A DNA stretch of 64,000 nucleotides from Pseudomonadota bacterium (GCA_030538085.1 JAUNUR010000003.1:23281-87280); one strand, 5' to 3'; counted from the first letter of the stretch, positions 29,701 to 39,117 are shown. Numbers and translations are program-made. The notes: a model not told the origin generated them from the sequence alone.

Positions 29701-32491
29701 CGACGTGAACACGCTGGCCGTTCACCGATTCTTCGCCGTCATCATGAAGGATGGCCGCGCACAGTTGGCGAAGTTGACCGTGAAGGAAACGGCGCGCGCC
29801 GATCAGCCGAATCCGCTCTACACCGTGGAGGCGGTGGAGTTCAATGAAAAATCCCCCGCCGTCAAATGGGTGGACTCGACTGTTCGAGGCGATGGCCTCG
29901 ACCCGACTTCCGACCCGCCCGGCAGGGGAATCCTCAGTCTAGCCCAACAGGTCGAGGATTTCAACCGGGCGCGGCAAGCAGATCAACCTGGCCCGGCCAT
30001 GTTCTCCCGCTCGGCCAGCGCGATGGGCACGCTCACGCCCGCGCAGCAAGCCACCTGGGACAAGGTGGCCGCCCATTCCCAGCCGCAGACGTGGCCCCAG
30101 CGTCTGAAAGGCTTGCGCGCGAACATGGCGGTGCGGCTGAAAACCGCGCTGGTGGATCAGTTCGCCGCCATTGCCGAGTATGACCAGGGCGCCTATGTGA
30201 AGGCGCGCATGAGCCGCGCGAGCGACGGTGCGCTGGAGGCGGCATTGCTGTATGGCAAGCCTTTCCTGCGCGATGGGGTGCCGGACGTGGATGTGAAGGA
30301 TGGCGGCTTTGCCAAGACGCTGGCGAACCTGGGCGGCGAGGTGGATCGCTTCATGTGGTGGGTGGCGGCGCAGCGGGCCAGCAAGCTCAAGAGCGAGGGG
30401 CGGGAGAACCTGTTTCAACACCAGGACATCGAGAATTTTCTTGGGCTCAACGCGGGCAAGATGGACGATGGCCGCTCGCGCGCGCTGGTGTTCGGCCAGG
30501 CGCTGTCGGAGCTGAACGCCTTCAACGACGCGATGCTGAAGATCGCGCAGCAATCAGGGCTGATGGATGAGGCGGCGCTGGCGCTGTTCAAGGATCAGCC
30601 CTATGTGCCGTTCTACCGCGTGATGGAGAGCGGCGAGATGACGGGCGCTCGCTTCAGCTCGGGCCTGACGAACCAGCGCGCCTGGCACAAGCTGCAGGGC
30701 GGCAAGGACAAGCTGAACGCCGATTTGCTGCAAAACCTGATGCAGAACTGGAGCCATGTGCTGGCGGCGAGCGCGCGCAACCGCGCGGCACTGGCGACGA
30801 TGGACGTGGCGGCGAAGATGGATGTGGCCTACCGCGTGAACGCGGACACCAAGGGCGCGGTGAAGGTGATGCGAGATGGGGTGACGGAGCACTGGGCGAT
30901 TGAAGACCCGCACCTGCTGACGGCGGTGAGCGCGCTGCACTACGTGCCGTCGCCGCTGATGGCGCCGCTGGCGGGGGCCAAGCGGCTGTTGACCTGGGGC
31001 GTGACGGTGAACCCGACGTTCAAGATTCGCAACCTGATTCGGGATTCGGTGTCGGCCATCGCGCAGACGGAGCTGGGCTACAACCCGGCCTCGAACGTGG
31101 CGGGGGCGTGGAAGCTGACGGCGGCTGACAGCCAAATTTACGCCTCGATGCTGGCGTCGGGCGGGGTGATCAAGTTCGGCACGATGGAGAACACGCAGCG
31201 GTTGCGCGACCAGGTCAAGCGCCTGGGTGGCGAGGTGCTGGATGAGGGCGGCTGGAAGAAGCTGAGCGGGCAGATGCGCGCGCTGTACGACGCCTATCAG
31301 GAGGTGGGCGACCGCATGGAGAACGTGAACCGGGTGGCACTGTACGAGCAGTTGCGCAAGAAGGGGCACGATCACGCCGAGGCGAGCTTCATGGCGCGCG
31401 GCTTGATGGATTTCAGCATGAGCGGGGCGCACCCGGTGGTGCGGTTTCTGGTGCAGTCGGTGCCGTTCTTGAATGCGCGCATGCAGGGCTTGTACAAGCT
31501 GGGGCGCGCGGCGGGCGAGAACCCAGCGCGCTTTGCGGCGGTGACGGGCGCGGTGGCCATGGCCAGCCTGGCGCTGCTGGCTTTGTTCGGAGACGACGAG
31601 GATTGGAAGAAGCGCGAGGACTGGGACAGGGACGCTTACTGGTGGTTCAAGATCGGCGACAAGGCCTTCCGCATCCCGAAACCGTTCGAGGTGGGGGCGA
31701 TTGGCACCTTGGCCGAGCGCACGGCCGAATGGATGTTCAGCAAGGAGATGACGAACCGGCGCATGATGGAGCGGCTGGGCCACATGCTGGCGCAGACGTT
31801 TGCCTTCGACCCGGTGCCGCAGGCGTTCAAGCCGCTGCTGGACGTGTACGCCAACAAGGACAGCTTCACGGGCCGGGCCATCGAGGGCATGGGCGATGAG
31901 CGGCTGCGCCCGCAGGATCGCTACAACGAGCGCACCAGCGAGGTGGCCCGCCTGCTGGGGCAACTGGGACTGCCCAACCCGGCGCAACTGGTGCAGGGCG
32001 ACTGGCAGGCGCTGTCTCCGAAGCAGATCGACCACTTGCTGCGGGGATACTTCTCGTGGGTGGGCACCACGGGCACGGCGGCGCTGGACCTGGCCGCGCG
32101 CCCGATGCTGGGCCGCGGTGATCGGCCCGCGATGCAGTTGCGCGACACCTTCGTGGTGGGCAACTTCGTGGAGAGCCTGCCCACGGGGTCGAGCCGCTAT
32201 GTGACGGTGATGTACGAGCAGGCGCGCGAGGCGCAGCAGGCCTGGGCGTCGTACCAGGCGGCGCTTCAGGCGGGCGACACACAGGGCGCGGCGCGCATCA
32301 TGACCAGCGACGGCGACAAACTGCGCCAGCGCCTGCGTCTGGCGCATGCCACACGGAGGCTGTCGGAGTTGAACGCGCAGGCCAAGCGCGTGCAGGCCAG
32401 CGCCAGCATGGATGGAGCGGCCAAGCGCGAGCGGCTCGACGAGATCGGGCGGCTGCGCCATGAGGTGGCGAAGGGGGCGCTGGGGGTGTGA
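26783..32491 (+). pseudogene. 3' part (1902 codons) of a large polyvalent phage protein, separated from its start by the inversion
   Basis: Two MuF-C-like segments, LPD23-like [20 protein letters not shown], zincin motifs HEIQH and HESLGH, LPD3-like [13 protein letters not shown]38-like [18 protein letters not shown]; the predicted N-terminal 223 aa of ORF 26114 are antisense to the tail and holin-tail sequences. Confidence 0.85.
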
Positions 32492-32496
32492 TGGGC

Positions 32497-32784
32497 TTAC
32501 AGGTGCTGATCGGCGTCTTGGCGCTGGTGCAGCACGCGGATCACGGCCAAGCGTTCGGGGGTGTCAAGAAAATAGACCACATGCGAGCCGCACAGGTATT
32601 TCTGCAAGTCGGGCAGCACCTGGGCGGGGCGGCCCTGCTTGATGCCCGCCGCCAGTGCATGGCAGGCATCCCGAATGGCATCGGTGTAGCCGTCGGCTTG
32701 ATCGGGCCCCCATCTGTGGGCGCTGTAATCCCAAATTTCGTCGATGTCGGCTTGTGCCGCTGGCGAAAATGCAATGGCTTTCAT
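32497..32784 (-). CDS. parE: ParE-family toxin
   Basis: FSPAAQADIDEIWDYSAHRWG...HVVYF...IRVLHQRQD. Confidence 0.92.
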   Translation of the reverse strand: MKAIAFSPAAQADIDEIWDYSAHRWGPDQADGYTDAIRDACHALAAGIKQGRPAQVLPDLQKYLCGSHVVYFLDTPERLAVIRVLHQRQDADQHL

Positions 32785-33029
32785 TGCGCCGCGAGCCCGG
32801 CGCGCTTGCGGGCCTTGAACGCCTCGAAGTCGAAGGGGCGCGGCTCGCCAGATTGCAGGCCCGCAGTCAGCGCCTCTTGCAGCGCTCGCACCTTGGCTTC
32901 GTGTTCTTCCAGCAGCCGCAGGCCCGCTCGAACCACGTCGCTGGCGGAGCTGTAACGCCCGCCTTGCACCTGGGTGTCGATGAATTGGGTGAAGTGCGGC
33001 CCGAGGGCAACGGAGGTGTTGCGGTTCAT
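32781..33029 (-). CDS. parD: ParD-family antitoxin (ribbon-helix-helix)
   Basis: NTSVALGPHF...GRYSSASDVVRAGLRLLEE...FDFEAF; ATGA overlap with parE. Confidence 0.92.
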   Translation of the reverse strand: MNRNTSVALGPHFTQFIDTQVQGGRYSSASDVVRAGLRLLEEHEAKVRALQEALTAGLQSGEPRPFDFEAFKARKRAGLAAQ

Positions 33030-33056
33030 GAGGGTTCCTCTTGGTGTGCCAAAAAT

Positions 33057-33073
33057 ATACCAAGAATTGGTAA
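33057..33073. promoter_or_regulatory. Putative parDE autoregulatory operator
   Basis: TACCAA-GAA-TTGGTA inverted repeat about 30 bp upstream of parD. Confidence 0.5.
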
Positions 33074-33074
33074 C

Positions 33075-33242
33075 GCTTGCGCGGCAGAACGCCGTGTTCA
33101 AGAACTGCGGCGTGAGAAGCGCGAGCTGGTCAGGCGTGGAGCGAGCCGCGAACAGGTCAAGGCCAAGGAGGATCAGATCACGATGGTCATGACCCGCTTC
33201 AACGAGATGGCGCAGCGCACTACCAGCGTATCAACTCGCTGA
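33075..33242 (+). pseudogene. Orphan C-terminal tip of another polyvalent-protein allele
   Basis: ERRVQELRREKRELVRRGASREQVKAKEDQITMVMTRFNE with no start; helical tail reminiscent of the end of the upstream protein. Confidence 0.5.
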
Positions 33243-33393
33243 GGGTGGCAAAGATAGAGCACAGCACGAAGGCGATAATCCCGACGCCCCAAAACGTCTG
33301 TGCTGCTTCTTCCCCATGAAAGGCCGCTACGACTGGCCCGGCAAGCAGAGCCAGCACAGCGATCACGGCAAAGAACCCGGCGATGGCGGTCAT
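33220..33393 (-). CDS. Small two-TM membrane protein (57 aa)
   Basis: Two hydrophobic segments; AAGG upstream of the ATG. Confidence 0.6.
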   Translation of the reverse strand: MTAIAGFFAVIAVLALLAGPVVAAFHGEEAAQTFWGVGIIAFVLCSIFATLSELIRW

Positions 33394-33403
33394 CGTCGGC
33401 CTT

Positions 33404-33639
33404 AGAGCGTGCTGCTGGCTGCGGCCAAGCATCTGGATTCGGAGCATGTCGGCAACAGAGGTGCCTCAGCCGGTCTGTTCTACGCGCTCGGCGAGGCCAT
33501 CGAGGAACTGATCGACCCTGCTGCGCTGGTGCAATTCGCGGCGCGTCACATCCAGCGGTACGAGCAGTGCAGGGCGGAACTGTACGAGCAGATCAAGCGT
33601 GACAACGCGCGGTTCATTGAAGAGCTTGGCAAAACCGAG
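33404..33639 (+). repeat. 236-bp repeat, copy A (carries the apparent native 3' end of gene X)
   Basis: Reverse complement of 37798-38033; no mismatch seen by eye. Confidence 0.92.
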
Positions 33640-33666
33640 TCAGTGAAGACGGAGCCAGTGCCAGCA

Positions 33667-33687
33667 TAGGGTTTGCCTCGCCGCAGG
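33667..33687 (+). promoter_or_regulatory. TAGGGTTTGC phage motif, copy 1
   Basis: TAGGGTTTGCCTCGCCGCAGG; differs from 34414-34434 at 2 of 21 positions. Confidence 0.6.
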
Positions 33688-33698
33688 GGGCGGGGCGG

Positions 33699-34040
33699 TT
33701 ACGCCGCGAATGCAAACCGTTCGTCATTGAAGATGTCAATGAGTGTCTGCGGGCTTTTGAGGGCGACGGCAATGAGCGTGCGCGCGGCGCCGGTGGGCTG
33801 GCGCCGGCCTTGTTCCCAGCCTTGAAGGGTGCGCACGGATACACCGAGCAACGCGGCAAACTGAGACTGCGATAGGCCCGAACGCCGCCTTGCGTCGATG
33901 ACGGGCGAGTAGGCCACGCTGGTTTTGCCGGCCGCCATTTCGCGCGCGGCCTGAAGCAGGTCGGCCTCGATGTCGCGGCTCGCTTCCCAGGAGGCAAGCT
34001 CAGCGTCGGTCAGTGGTTTGGTTGGCTTTTTCCGTGGCAT
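33699..34040 (-). CDS. higA: HigA-type HTH antitoxin
   Basis: ARRRSGLSQSQFAALLGVSVRTLQGWEQGRRQPTGAARTL. Confidence 0.9.
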   Translation of the reverse strand: MPRKKPTKPLTDAELASWEASRDIEADLLQAAREMAAGKTSVAYSPVIDARRRSGLSQSQFAALLGVSVRTLQGWEQGRRQPTGAARTLIAVALKSPQTLIDIFNDERFAFAA

Positions 34041-34335
34041 CACGTAACTCCTTGAGGGTGGACGCCTTGAGCGTGTCCAACTTCGCTTTGGCGTACATGG
34101 TCAACAACACCACTTCACCGGATTGCAGGCGGGTGAAGTAGATCACGCGCACGCCGCCCGATTTGCCCGATCCGGCGCGGCTCCATCGCACTTTGCGCAC
34201 GCCGCCGGATTCGGCCACCACGTCGCCAGCGTCCGGGTGCTTGGCAATGTGGGCGCAGAACGCGCCGCGCTCTTCCTCCGTCCAGTAGTAAGGCCAGATG
34301 CGCTGGAAGTGCTGGCTTTCGACGACCGTGAGCAT
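34000..34335 (-). CDS. higB: HigB/RelE-type toxin
   Basis: PDAGDVVAESGGVRKVRW...GKSGGVRVIYF...LLTMYAK; toxin-first order. Confidence 0.9.
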   Translation of the reverse strand: MLTVVESQHFQRIWPYYWTEEERGAFCAHIAKHPDAGDVVAESGGVRKVRWSRAGSGKSGGVRVIYFTRLQSGEVVLLTMYAKAKLDTLKASTLKELRDATEKANQTTDRR

Positions 34336-34346
34336 GGGCATGATTA

Positions 34347-34363
34347 TACGCCAATGGCGTATG
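34347..34363. promoter_or_regulatory. Putative higBA operator
   Basis: ATACGCCA-A-TGGCGTAT palindrome just upstream of higB. Confidence 0.55.
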
Positions 34364-34413
34364 ACGCGCTGGTGGTGAGGTGGTCTACCGGCGTGCTGGC
34401 ACCGGCTCCCCTG

Positions 34414-34434
34414 TAGGGTTTGCCGCGCCGTAGG
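34414..34434 (+). promoter_or_regulatory. TAGGGTTTGC phage motif, copy 2 (upstream of the holin-like gene)
   Basis: CCCCTGTAGGGTTTGCCGCGCCGTAGG; motif starts 34 bp before the ATG at 34448. Confidence 0.6.
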
Positions 34435-34447
34435 TGTCTGGTGCCCA

Positions 34448-34651
34448 ATGGTCACCATGAACACCGAGAGCATGGACACGATCAGCGCGGTTGGGGCAAA
34501 GACCGCCGTGGCCGCTGGCGCCACGACAACCGCGTGGGCGTGGCTGACGCAGGAGACGCTGTTCGGCTTTGTGGGCGCGACGGTCGCCGTCCTCGGTTTG
34601 CTGATTACCGCGTACGTCAACTGGCTGACGCAGCGCCGTCATGCGCGGGAA
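34448..34651 (+). pseudogene. 5' part of a holin-like membrane protein gene (split by the inversion)
   Basis: Two TM segments ending in NWLTQRRHARE; continues in frame into 26780-26643 when the inversion is reversed (113 aa). Confidence 0.78.
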
Positions 34652-37400
34652 CGGGCTCGCCCGTGTCGAAGTTCAGCGCCTCGTGTTTCCCAATGAACAC
34701 CGCGCCATCTTTAACGCCGACCTGCTCCGCATCCCCAGGAGCCGTGCCGATAGACAACGGCACATCCTTCTTCGGGTTTGCCACGGGGGCAAGCGCTGGC
34801 GCCGCGCCGCTGGCCTGGACATCGTGCGCATCAATCGCCCGCACCAGATCAGCCGTGCGTGGATAAGCCTTGGGGTCAATTCCCAGCGCGCGCGCCACCT
34901 TCGAAGCGCCCAACATGCTGGCGCGCCAGCCCTGGGGTCTGGAAACTGTCGCCGTGCTCGCTGGCTGCGTGGTCGCCGGATCAGCCCGCGCCCCATTGGC
35001 GCGGTCGGCGGCATCAATCTCCGCCACCAGATTCGCCAGACCCCGGTGCGCACGCGGGTCAATGCCCATATCACGCGCCACCTTCGCCGCACGCAAGTTG
35101 TTGCTGCGCCAGTTGGCCGGGCGCTCGGGCGCTACCCCAGCGGCTTGAACACCACCGTCTGCTCCGGCTGCGGGTACAGCCGGGGCGGTGGCCGCATCGC
35201 CTGCTGCTGGCGCAACCGCTTGGCCTGGCGCGGCTTTGGTTTGCTGATCAGTTGCGGTGTCCGCGCTGGCGTCTTGTGCATTGTTTGCGGTCTGTACAGT
35301 GGCATCGGCTTTGGCTACACTGAAGTCTCCTTGTGGAGGCACCATGCCTACCGAACCGCTTTGGGCGTAGGTCGGAGGAGTCGCAGAGTCACTTTGTGAC
35401 GGCATCAAGACGCGCGTAGGCGTCTTCCACAAGGTCTTTGTCGTCAGCTCCCCGCGCTTTTCACGCACCTCCTCCACGTAGCCTTTGCGCAGGTTGTAGC
35501 TCAAGTCCTGGCGCAAACGCTCAGCCACAGGCTCGGCCCTTCCCGCCGACTGCACGGCTGACCCCGCCTGCTGCGTGCCCGGCTTGGGCGCCAGCGCATA
35601 CCCACCATCCACCTCGATGGCCGCATACTGCCCGCCGTGCTGCGCCGTCGCCAGATTGGCTTGAGCCTTGGTGAACGGCTCGCCCCTCGCGTTGCGCATC
35701 AAACCGTCTTCACCCGCCACCAGCGCCAGCCGGCCGCCCTGGGCCAACGGCGTTGCCGGCTGCGAAATCACTTCGTTTTGTATAGCTGCCTGCGCCTGAC
35801 TGGCAAGGGCTAAAGGCTGGTTTTGTGCAAAATCCTGAGCGCCGCGCAGCGCGGTATGCGCGCCGCTGTCCACCGCCTGCGCCGCCACCGCCGACAGCGG
35901 GCCGGCGGCGGGGTCGATGCCCATCGCTTCAGAGGGGCGCATCGGCGCTGACGCTTCGGCCTGGGGCTCTGCGCTGCGATAGCTGGCCAGTCGATCCAGC
36001 GCCTGCGCCTGATTCAGATCGACCTCGTCGCTGGCCTCAGGACGAATCAACGACCGATCAAGAAACTCCTGCAAGGGGGCAGCTTGCGGGTGAATGGCCG
36101 CATTCAGGCGCGCCTGCTGCTCGGCGGCCGCTGCTTCCTCGGCCAGCCTGGCCTGCTCCATCGCCCGGCTGCGGCCAACCGGCTGCGTGGCCGCCTGCCA
36201 CGCTTTTTGCCCGGCGAACGTCATGCCGCTTTGCCCCAGCGACGACAACGCCTCCAGCGTGGCGTTCTTGGCATCCCACTCGCCAGAGGCAATGCCCTCG
36301 CCCAGAAACTCCCCGGCAAACTCGCCCGCCGGCTCCAGCGCCGCCACGCCCGCGTTGCGCGCCAGATTGCGCCCGCCGCTGGTGGCCGCCTTGAACGCCT
36401 CATCCGCGCCCATGCGCGCGGCCAACTCAGGCGACTTCAGGGCCGCTTTCACCGCCGCCTTGTCGGCCATGTCCACGCCCATATCGGCCAACGCGCGGCC
36501 CGCCGCCGCCTTGGCCGGGGCCTTCAGCAGCGCACCGCCAACGCCCATCGTGGCCACATCCACCGCGCCGATCACGCCGCCCTTGACCGCCGCCTCGCCC
36601 AGCAGCGCATCGCCCCGCCCGCGCAAGAACGCCTGCACCGCGCGCGTGTCCTGCGGGTCGATGCCGGCACTCTGCAGCGCCTCCATCACCTTGCCGCCAC
36701 CTTCGATGGCCGTGTTGCCCGCCGCCGCGCCGCCCCAGGCGCCAGCCAGCGCGCCACCAGCGCCGCCCACTGCCGCGCCAGCCGCCGTGCCAGCGCCCGG
36801 CAGCACCGACCCCACCAGGCCGCCCGCCGCCGCGCCCGCCTTGCCACCCGCCCACCCGCCCGCCAGCATGCCGCCCATCGGCGCCACTATGTTCGGCGCC
36901 TGCTCCACCACGCCGCTGCCCATGGCATAGGCGTTGCGCGCCACCGACACCAGCCCCGCGCCCACCGTGGGCGCCTCGCGCCAGTCCTTGGCCACCTCAC
37001 CCAGCACACCCTTGATCCCGCCGCCGATGCCCTCGCCCTGTTGCCAAGCGGCCATCAGCTCGGCGCCTTCCTTGGTGCCAGGATTGGCGCGCGCGTAGGC
37101 GTCGGCCTCGGCCACCTTGCGGGCCGCGCCCTCCACATCGCCAGCGGCCAGGCCAGCGGTAATGCCGATGTTCTGCTTGGCTTTTTTCCAGCCGCGCGTC
37201 AGCGCCCAGTCGCCTTGCGCGCCGGCCGCATCACCGGCTAGGCCCACCAAGCCGCCAGCGGTCTGCGGAGCCGTCGGCAAATTGAACGCCTGCTCGTAGG
37301 TCATCGGCCCCGACGGCGGACTCGCTCCGGCAGCCGGCGGCACGGGCGACGCCGGCTTCAGGTTGAACGCTTCTTCGTAGGTGAACGAGTCCTTGCCCAT
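34650..37400 (-). pseudogene. 5' part (917 codons) of the large polyvalent/internal virion protein
   Basis: TYEEAFNL/TYEQAFNL repeats, Gly/Ala-rich TM-like region, internal repeat VARDMGIDP/VARALGIDP; ends ALNFDTGEPV and joins TVPKGST at 26783. Confidence 0.85.
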
Positions 37401-37432
37401 GCGCGCCAGTCTCCCGGCGCGCTAGCGATCAA

Positions 37433-37448
37433 GCAAACCCTACGGGGG
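37433..37448 (-). promoter_or_regulatory. TAGGGTTTGC phage motif, copy 3 (upstream of the polyvalent gene)
   Basis: CCCCCGTAGGGTTTGC on the minus strand, 33 bp before the ATG at 37400. Confidence 0.6.
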
Positions 37449-37457
37449 CGCTACACC

Positions 37458-37482
37458 AAAAACAAAGGGCGCCGAAGCGCCC
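37458..37482 (-). terminator. Rho-independent terminator
   Basis: GGGCGC-TTCG-GCGCCC followed by TTTGTTTTT on the minus strand. Confidence 0.75.
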
Positions 37483-37514
37483 CGATGTGCATGCTGAAAG
37501 TGCTTGATGCCGAT

Positions 37515-37586
37515 CTAGTGGGTCGTGACGTACCAAGTCACGCCAGCAGCGGCGATCACGAAGACGATGAGCGCGGTGATGATCAT
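37515..37586 (-). CDS. 23-aa single-TM peptide (below the ORF track cutoff)
   Basis: MIITALIVFVIAAAGVTWYVTTH; AGGA RBS; ATGA overlap with the upstream gene. Confidence 0.6.
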   Translation of the reverse strand: MIITALIVFVIAAAGVTWYVTTH

Positions 37587-37777
37587 GATGGTTTCCTAAG
37601 TTTCCACGACAGCGTCAAAAGTATAGGGCAAATGGCAAACAGGGTCACGATCTCCCCAATGCTCAACGGGCTGTGGCCGGTCAGCCCCACCACGCCGCCA
37701 ATGAAGGCGGACGCGGCAATCGTGTCCAGAAACCGGGCCAACCCCTCCTTCTGCTCCTTGCTGTACTTGGAAGCCAT
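37583..37777 (-). CDS. Small two-TM membrane protein (64 aa)
   Basis: KEGLARFLDT then two hydrophobic segments. Confidence 0.7.
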   Translation of the reverse strand: MASKYSKEQKEGLARFLDTIAASAFIGGVVGLTGHSPLSIGEIVTLFAICPILLTLSWKLRKPS

Positions 37778-37797
37778 GCCTGAAAGTCTACGCCTAG

Positions 37798-38033
37798 CTC
37801 GGTTTTGCCAAGCTCTTCAATGAACCGCGCGTTGTCACGCTTGATCTGCTCGTACAGTTCCGCCCTGCACTGCTCGTACCGCTGGATGTGACGCGCCGCG
37901 AATTGCACCAGCGCAGCAGGGTCGATCAGTTCCTCGATGGCCTCGCCGAGCGCGTAGAACAGACCGGCTGAGGCACCTCTGTTGCCGACATGCTCCGAAT
38001 CCAGATGCTTGGCCGCAGCCAGCAGCACGCTCT
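37798..38033 (-). repeat. 236-bp repeat, copy B (within gene X)
   Basis: Matches 33404-33639 in inverted orientation. Confidence 0.92.
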
Positions 38034-38200
38034 GCATCAAGCCATCGTCACCGCCTCGGATCACCTCGCCCATGATCTCGATCATCGCCTTGGCACCCTC
38101 CTGGTTGCTTTCGGCGTAGCTCGCTCCATCGGTATACACGTCGAAGTAGTCGATATCCGTCTCGGGGCCTGTGGCCGGCGTGGTGATGCACGACACACGG
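37798..38200 (-). pseudogene. Phage hypothetical gene X, 5' part; apparent native 3' end is at 33640-33669
   Basis: PETDIDYFDVY...AKHLDSEH...; after 37798 it reads through into an unrelated gene. Confidence 0.55.
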
Positions 38201-38204
38201 GGGT

Positions 38205-39117
38205 ACACGCGCTTCCGCGCGCTTGGAATCAAGCCCAGGCCGATGCATTCGACTGGCAGGAATCAGCGCGGCTCTACGCCATCGCCACAAGGACACCCGG
38301 CGCAGGCCACCTGATTGACGACGCCGTGACGATCTACCTCAAAGAGCGTGTGCCTCACTTGAAGGCTGGGTTGAACACAGCCAGAGAACTGGCGCTGATG
38401 CTGCCGTTCTACCATGGGCGTCCGCTAGAGGCGTTGGCCGACGTGTGCAAGGCGTACCGCCTGAAGGGGGTCAAGGAGAATGGCTCGCCGCTGTCGCCCG
38501 CCACGCTGCGCAACCGCATCCGCTACCTGACCGCTGCCTGTCGGTACGCATGGAAGCAGCACGGCATGGGCGACGGCGATCCAGCCGCCCGCGTGGTGGC
38601 GCCCACCGTGCAGAACGAGCGCCACCAATACCTGACGCGAGAGCAGGTGCTGATGATTTGCCGCCAGTGCCGAAACAAGACCGCACGGCAGGCGATCCGC
38701 ATCGCCTTTTATTCAGGCATGAGGCTAGGCGAGATTCTGGTGGCCGAGATTTCCGGACAGGCGTGGGTGTTGCGCGACACGAAGAACGGAAACCCGCGCA
38801 TCGTGCCCATGCACCCAAAGGCCGCAGCGGCCGCGCGGGCATTCAAGCCATGCCCAAAAATCACCATTCAGCGGGCGTGGGAGAAAGCCAGGGACAGGGC
38901 AGGATTTCATGGGCACACCTTCCACGATCTGCGCCACAGCGCCGCCACGGCGATGGCAAATGCAGGGGTGGATTTGTTCACGCTTGGCCGCGTGCTGGGG
39001 CACAAGGACAGCCGCAGCACAGCCCGCTACAGCCACCACCACATAGACACGCTAGCCGCTGCTGTGGGGAAGATTGGTCAAAAATCCCCAAACCAGCCAC
39101 AAAAAAAAGCGGCCTGA
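38205..39117 (+). pseudogene. Phage tyrosine integrase, N-terminally truncated with catalytic residues intact
   Basis: SGMRLGE (R), DTKNG (K), FHDLRH, LGH, TARY; starts abruptly at LPRAWNQAQADAFD with no native start. Confidence 0.88.

Larger units (their letters stand above)
20914..39117. mobile_element. Defective, internally rearranged prophage (virion module, polyvalent protein, TA cassettes, integrase)
   Basis: Tail-like genes, holin-like gene, LPD-type protein, tyrosine integrase at the tRNA; no capsid, terminase, portal or replication genes recognised. Confidence 0.85.

Noticed and set aside
33404-38033. 236-bp inverted repeats as IS or transposon ends
   Set aside because: They are protein-coding sequence from one gene, there is no transposase between them, and they become direct repeats when the inversion is undone
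37990-38204. N-terminal extension of the integrase ORF
   Set aside because: Antisense to gene X and the 236-bp repeat; not integrase-like
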